A DNA stretch of 64,000 bases from Candidatus Cloacimonadales bacterium (GTDB lineage Bacteria > Cloacimonadota > Cloacimonadia > Cloacimonadales > JAIOQZ01): assembly GCA_963674825.1 (NCBI GenBank), contig OY771587.1, positions 672,001-736,000 of the forward strand, read 5' to 3'. A program made the translations under genes and the position numbers. Below are positions 60,301-64,000 of this stretch, in pieces. The notes under the pieces are model-generated. The model saw only the letters and a program-made list of their open reading frames with translations. It did not search any database and was not told the DNA's origin. Each line of letters starts with the position of its first letter. Position 1 is the first letter of the stretch.

Positions 60301-60842
60301 TCAACTACCAGGGAACCGAGTTTATGCAAACCGATTTCTCGGCTCTGGATTACGTTCATATCGATATCTGGACACCGGACGCAACTGTCATTCTGTTCTC
60401 GCCCATCAGCGCAACCACAGGCGAACATCTCGTCTCTGTTCTTCCGCTCGAATCAATGACCTGGAACAGCGTTGACATTCCACTCACTGATTTCACAGGC
60501 GTTTCGATGAGCGATCTCTTCCAGCTCAAATTCGACGGGCAGACTGGTGTATCACCGTCTACCGTCTATATTGACAACATCTACTTCTACAGCGAACCAA
60601 CCGGACTCGAAGCTCCGCAGAATGTGGTCGTCACCATTACCGGAGATCAGGTCACCGTTTCCTGGGATGCCGTCGATGGCGCGAACAGCTACAAGATCTA
60701 CGCATGCGACACTCCTTACGGAACATTCGAAGAAGTGACCATGGGTGTCTTCTATCCCACAAGCTGGACTGGAATCGTTGAAGAAGGCCACAAATTCTAC
60801 TACGTCAAAGCAAGTGACGAATCTGGAATTTTACGTAAATAA
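57330..60842 (+). CDS. Secreted non-catalytic multi-domain glycan-binding protein (CBM-like x5, cadherin-like x3, FN3-like C-terminus)
   Basis: Signal peptide; 4x AP.P..V.S.FS..Y..HID.WT..DNIYF; 3x DATLS.L.V..Y..NFT; ATG 57330 after GGAGG. Confidence 0.75.
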   Translation: MKSTHMIVFLMFILTAFSGLFAASTTIDFESSDNGTGWTWTVAENATNPALTFPANPVSGGINTSATVAEYTALDAGNPWALCFTDDIDGFTFTESNSTVTIQVYKTVATNIGIKFEGISPAVELQVANTSVNQWETVTFDFSSAIGNTYTRLVIIPDFQDRSEDHTIYFDNIVIPASNTIIPDPEAPEVAAPVPTEAPEDVISIYSDSYTNLEGTNFAAPWGQSTVVTFDEVEGNGYMYYSMFNYQGTQLLGAHNLSSMTHVHIDMWTPDATVVQFTPISASTGEHLVSLTPINLEAWNSYDIPLSSFTGVAMTDIHQLKFDGQAGVSPSNVYLDNIYFYAGDISGTDATLSDLKVDGTTVDGFASNVYSYDVELPEGTTTVPTVTATTNDVNASHVVNAASALPGTTTVVVTAEDGTTSLTYSVNFTVENNNPTEPSEAAPTPTHLHENVTSVFSNVYGDMAGANFNPAWGQTTTVGFVLVGGDVTLQYANFNYQGTEFPSINLSAMEYIHFDLWTPDATVIEFSPISETTGEHLVAIDPLVQGTWNSIDMPLTDFTGVSMADINQLKFNGQNGVFPSSVWIDNIFFWKSPAGDDEDATLSNLLVNGTTVSGFSPATYDYDVELPFGTTVVPTVTAVTTDLDASYVVNDAAALPGSTTVVTTSENGENSLTYTLNFTVATETSDPTQGAPAPTHANADVVSVFSNTYGDMAGVNFNPPWGQSTTVTLESIGGNTTLKYANFNYQGTQFAGTVDLSLMEYVHIDIWTHDATIVKFSPISVSTGEVLTILSPLEQDTWNSLDIPLEDFTGMTMSDIHQLKFDGQAGVSPSTIWLDNIYFWKNPTQAGSDATLSDLKVDDVTIPGFLSGTLNYTYELPMDATEVPTVTATTTDVNASYVINDATELPGSTTVVVTAQDNTTVLTYTINFTIADPVPNEAAPIPTVDPANVISIFSNTYGDIAGANFNPNWGQSTTVTFENIDGNTTLKYANFNYQGTEFMQTDFSALDYVHIDIWTPDATVILFSPISATTGEHLVSVLPLESMTWNSVDIPLTDFTGVSMSDLFQLKFDGQTGVSPSTVYIDNIYFYSEPTGLEAPQNVVVTITGDQVTVSWDAVDGANSYKIYACDTPYGTFEEVTMGVFYPTSWTGIVEEGHKFYYVKASDESGILRK

Positions 60843-60860
60843 TCTTGCCGGAGGAAAATA

Positions 60861-62741
60861 ATGAAGAAGACCATCATCATGACGATGCTTATCCTCCTGA
60901 TAAGCGCTGCCATGTACGCACAATACGAAACTGTTGATTTCGAAGCTGGCGGAACGGGAGCCGATTGGGGCTGGACCGTCGGCGAAAACGGCGATAATCC
61001 GCCGTTGGATTTCGTCAACAATCCGTCCGCAAGCGGAATTAACACATCCGCAATCGTCGCGCAGTTTACCGCTCGCGCAGCTGGTATGTCTTGGGCACTC
61101 TGCTACACAGACGACATCTCTGATTTCGAATTCGACGCAACCAACACCACCATTACAATCATGGTTTATAAGTCCGTGATTAGCCCGGTGGGTGTGAAAT
61201 TCGAAGGTACAAGCGCTGCTGTCGAAGTACAGGCCAGCAACACCGTCACCAACCAGTGGGAAAGCCTTACGTTCAATTTCTCGAGCGCTATCGGCAACAC
61301 CTACAACCGTCTCGTAATCATCCCGGATTTCGCGGAACGAACCGAAGATCACGTTGTTTATTTCGACAACCTCCAGATCCCCGAAGGCAACGCAAACCCG
61401 ATCCCGGAGCCACAAGTCGCTGCTCCGACTCCTACATACGACGAGAGCACAGTGATTTCTCTGTTCTCTGATGCGTACAACAACGTAACCGTCGATACAT
61501 GGTCGGCAGACTGGGATAACGCTGTCGTAAGCGACGTGCAGATCCAGGGCAACAACACTAAGCTTTATACAAGCATGGTTTTCGCCGGTATCGAATTCAT
61601 CAACCAGACCATCGACGCAACCTCGATGGATTTCTTCCACCTCGATGTCTGGACTCCGGACGAAATCACAGGCGACATCTCGCTTAACGTGAAACTCGTC
61701 GATTTCGGTGCTGATGGCGTGTACGGCGGCGGTGACGACGTGGAGCATGAGGTTTCCTACGGTTCCGGAACCATGACCTCCGAAGAATGGGTCAGCCTCG
61801 ATATCCCGATGGACGATTTCACCGGTCTGACCACCCGTGGTCACCTGGCACAGCTCATATTCTCCGGTGGAATCACCACCCTCTATGTCGATAACATCTA
61901 CTTCCGCTCGGGCAATTCGGCTCCGAACCAGCCCGAAGTGGCAGCTCCGACGCCGTCCTACAACCAGGACGCGGTAATCTCGCTCTTCAGCAACGCATAT
62001 AGCAATGTAACCGTAGATACATGGTCTGCCGAATGGGATCAGGCCAACGTGGGTGACGTGCAGATTCAAGGTAACGATACCAAGCTTTACACAAGCCTGG
62101 TTTATGCCGGAATCGAATTCACCTCCGCAACCCTCAACATCACTGAAATGACCCACTTCCACATGGATATCTGGACTCCCGATACCATCGATGACGAATC
62201 CACATTCGCCGTGAAGTTGGTCGATTTCGGCGCCGATGGCGCATACGATGGCGGCGATGACGTTGAAGCCGAAGTCACTTTCGACAACACGACACTGCAA
62301 TCAGAAAACTGGATCAGCCTGGACATGAACCTGGACGACTTCACAGCCCTCACCACCCGTGAGCACATTGCGCAACTCGTCCTCACCAGCGGTCCCAACA
62401 CCGTTTATATCGACAATATCTACTTCCGTGACGACACACAGGCAGCGGACGACGAAGTTGTGGATGTTACCGGCGCTCGCTACGAGCTCAACGGAAACTA
62501 CCCCAACCCGTTCAACCCGGTCACCAGTATCAAGTTCTCCATGAGCCAGCCCGGCCATGCCGTACTCAAGGTGTACGATGTCCGCGGTCGCCTTGTGAAG
62601 ACACTAGTCGACAACCGGTTGGATGCCGATAATCATGAGATCGTCTGGAACGCTGAGAACACAGCTTCCGGCGTCTATTTCTACTCGCTGAAAGTCGATA
62701 ACGGTCCGATCGAGACCAAGCGCATGGTCCTACTTAAATAA
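60861..62741 (+). CDS. Secreted non-catalytic CBM-like protein (3 modules) with FlgD-Ig CTD
   Basis: N-domain paralogous to that of 57330; 2x AAPTP..VISLFS.AY..VKLVDFGADG..DNIYF; NYPNPFNP. Confidence 0.78.
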   Translation: MKKTIIMTMLILLISAAMYAQYETVDFEAGGTGADWGWTVGENGDNPPLDFVNNPSASGINTSAIVAQFTARAAGMSWALCYTDDISDFEFDATNTTITIMVYKSVISPVGVKFEGTSAAVEVQASNTVTNQWESLTFNFSSAIGNTYNRLVIIPDFAERTEDHVVYFDNLQIPEGNANPIPEPQVAAPTPTYDESTVISLFSDAYNNVTVDTWSADWDNAVVSDVQIQGNNTKLYTSMVFAGIEFINQTIDATSMDFFHLDVWTPDEITGDISLNVKLVDFGADGVYGGGDDVEHEVSYGSGTMTSEEWVSLDIPMDDFTGLTTRGHLAQLIFSGGITTLYVDNIYFRSGNSAPNQPEVAAPTPSYNQDAVISLFSNAYSNVTVDTWSAEWDQANVGDVQIQGNDTKLYTSLVYAGIEFTSATLNITEMTHFHMDIWTPDTIDDESTFAVKLVDFGADGAYDGGDDVEAEVTFDNTTLQSENWISLDMNLDDFTALTTREHIAQLVLTSGPNTVYIDNIYFRDDTQAADDEVVDVTGARYELNGNYPNPFNPVTSIKFSMSQPGHAVLKVYDVRGRLVKTLVDNRLDADNHEIVWNAENTASGVYFYSLKVDNGPIETKRMVLLK

Positions 62742-62749
62742 GCACTGTC

Positions 62750-62788
62750 GAATCAGCCGGTGCGCCGGTCGTGCCGGCTGATTCTTTT
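62750..62788 (+). terminator. Hairpin/terminator between the CBM gene and the phosphorylase
   Basis: gaatcagccggtgcg-ccggt-cgtgccggctgattc-tttt. Confidence 0.65.
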
Positions 62789-62810
62789 CAATAACGCAAA
62801 GGAGATCGTG

Positions 62811-64000
62811 TTGAAGTCCATCAACAACGTACACTATCAACTGAAGGAATCGGGTGAATTCGTTATCGGCGATTACAACTCATCCAAGCTCTTCTCCAGC
62901 TTCTTTCCCGGAGTCGCGGGTAAAGAAGGCATCCCGATGTGGACATTCTACGTCAATCGCGGACAATGCATCTGCAGCATGGGCATCGAAGGGAAACATA
63001 ACCCCATTATGGAATTCCTGCCGGCGAACCAGGCATACAATCTGGTTACATCGCAGGGCTTCCGCACCTTCGTGAAGCTCATCCGCGACAGCGAGACCAC
63101 TTACTACGAGCCCTTCCAGAAGAGCCTGCAAAATCGCGATATGAAGATCGATCAACGCATGATCATCAATCCCGCACGACTGATTCTGGAAGAGATCAAC
63201 CACACCCTGAAACTCAAATTTACCGTCGAATACTTCAACGTTCCGCAAGATCGCTATGCCGGCCTGATTCGCAAACTGCACATCGAGAATCTTGGCGATG
63301 AAACCATTCGCTTCGAAGCACTTGATGGCCTTCCGCTCATTATTCCTTACGGCCTCGACAACGGCGCACTCAAGTTTATCCGCCGCCTGGTAGAGGCATT
63401 CGTGGAAGTGAAAAACCACGAGAACAAAGCCCCGCTCTTCAAAGGCAAAGTAGAACCGCACGACAGACCGGAAGTTGTCCATATCAAGAAAGGTAACTTC
63501 TACCTCGGATTCGTGGACGGTGGTATGGTGGATACAATCGTTGATCCCGTGCGCATCTTCGGTATTCGCGGCGACTACCAGTTCCCGGAAAGATTCCTGG
63601 AAGCATCCGTGGACGAATTGGTCCGCGACCAGATTTTAGAAAACAGACTCCCCTCCGCGATGGGCTGCCTGAGCGGATCCATCGAACCAGGAAAAATATT
63701 TGGCTACACATCCATCATCGGACAGGCCAGTTCAGCTGCAACGCTCAACCATATGGTTCCAGAAATCGCCACGCAAGATTATGTAAACACCAAATATAAC
63801 GAGAATCGTAACATCATCGCCAAGCTGACCCAGAATAACTTCATCTGTAGTCAGGAACCGGTACTGGACCACTACGCGCGCATGAATTTCCTCGATAACA
63901 CCCTCCGCGGCGGCTTCCCGTATACATTCAAGGGCAGCAAGGAATCGACCACCCTCTACCTCTATTCGCGCAAGCATGGTGACCTCGAACGCGACTACAA
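62811..64000 (+). CDS. GH161-like beta-1,3-glucan phosphorylase (5' part; runs off the window)
   Basis: My translation: MKSINNVHYQLKESGEFVIGDYNSSKLFSSFFPGVAGKEGIPMWTFYVNRGQ..IMEFLPAN..FLDNTLRGG..YSRKHGDLERDY; AAGGAG SD; same frame at both ends. Confidence 0.82.
   Translation, partial: MKSINNVHYQLKESGEFVIGDYNSSKLFSSFFPGVAGKEGIPMWTFYVNRGQCICSMGIEGKHNPIMEFLPANQAYNLVTSQGFRTFVKLIRDSETTYYEPFQKSLQNRDMKIDQRMIINPARLILEEINHTLKLKFTVEYFNVPQDRYAGLIRKLHIENLGDETIRFEALDGLPLIIPYGLDNGALKFIRRLVEAFVEVKNHENKAPLFKGKVEPHDRPEVVHIKKGNFYLGFVDGGMVDTIVDPVRIFGIRGDYQFPERFLEASVDELVRDQILENRLPSAMGCLSGSIEPGKIFGYTSIIGQASSAATLNHMVPEIATQDYVNTKYNENRNIIAKLTQNNFICSQEPVLDHYARMNFLDNTLRGGFPYTFKGSKESTTLYLYSRKHGDLERDY

Noticed and set aside
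51570..62300. Long minus-strand ORFs (404 aa, 294 aa, 489 aa)
   Set aside because: Antisense shadows caused by the codon bias of the real plus-strand genes.
1..64000. CRISPR array, rRNA, transposase or prophage
   Set aside because: No repeat-spacer periodicity or hallmark genes were seen; the repeats found are intragenic domain duplications or Rhs cores.

Overview
Chromosomal window from a Gram-negative bacterium. Many secreted proteins end in a PNPFNP/FlgD-Ig 'T9SS-like' C-terminal domain, which suggests an FCB-group lineage such as Cloacimonadota (inference). From left to right it contains: a lolC/E permease, a multi-PAS hybrid kinase, a secreted M1 peptidase, glgP and galE; an unusual signal-peptide-bearing 2x[4Fe-4S] protein; a flagellin island (2 GT2 genes, a CxxCxxCC/FliB-like gene, a vestigial fifth flagellin in a hairpin-dense spacer, 4 tandem flagellins with CsrA-type sites and a conserved covarying leader structure, and a FliT/FlgN-like gene); a compact cpoB-pilT-pilM/N-TPR-pilO-secretin operon; a housekeeping run (yjjG-like, methyltransferase, atypical glgA, lpxL-like, pdxJ, PPIase, miaA, mutL); an orphan Rhs toxin/immunity array next to tRNA-Pro(CGG); and a LamG/GLUG secreted protein. 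The last >22 kb is a divergent beta-1,3-glucan (laminarin) utilisation locus with no SusC/SusD in view. It holds two GH16s, a clan GH-A TIM barrel apparently fused to an outer-membrane barrel with a partner lipoprotein, a GntR/LacI regulator with a TGCTATATAGCA operator candidate, an MFS carrying an inserted CBM-like domain, GH30, GH17, two non-catalytic multi-CBM proteins, and a GH161-like phosphorylase that runs off the end and is absent from the ORF track. All family calls come from motif recognition by eye; no searches were run.
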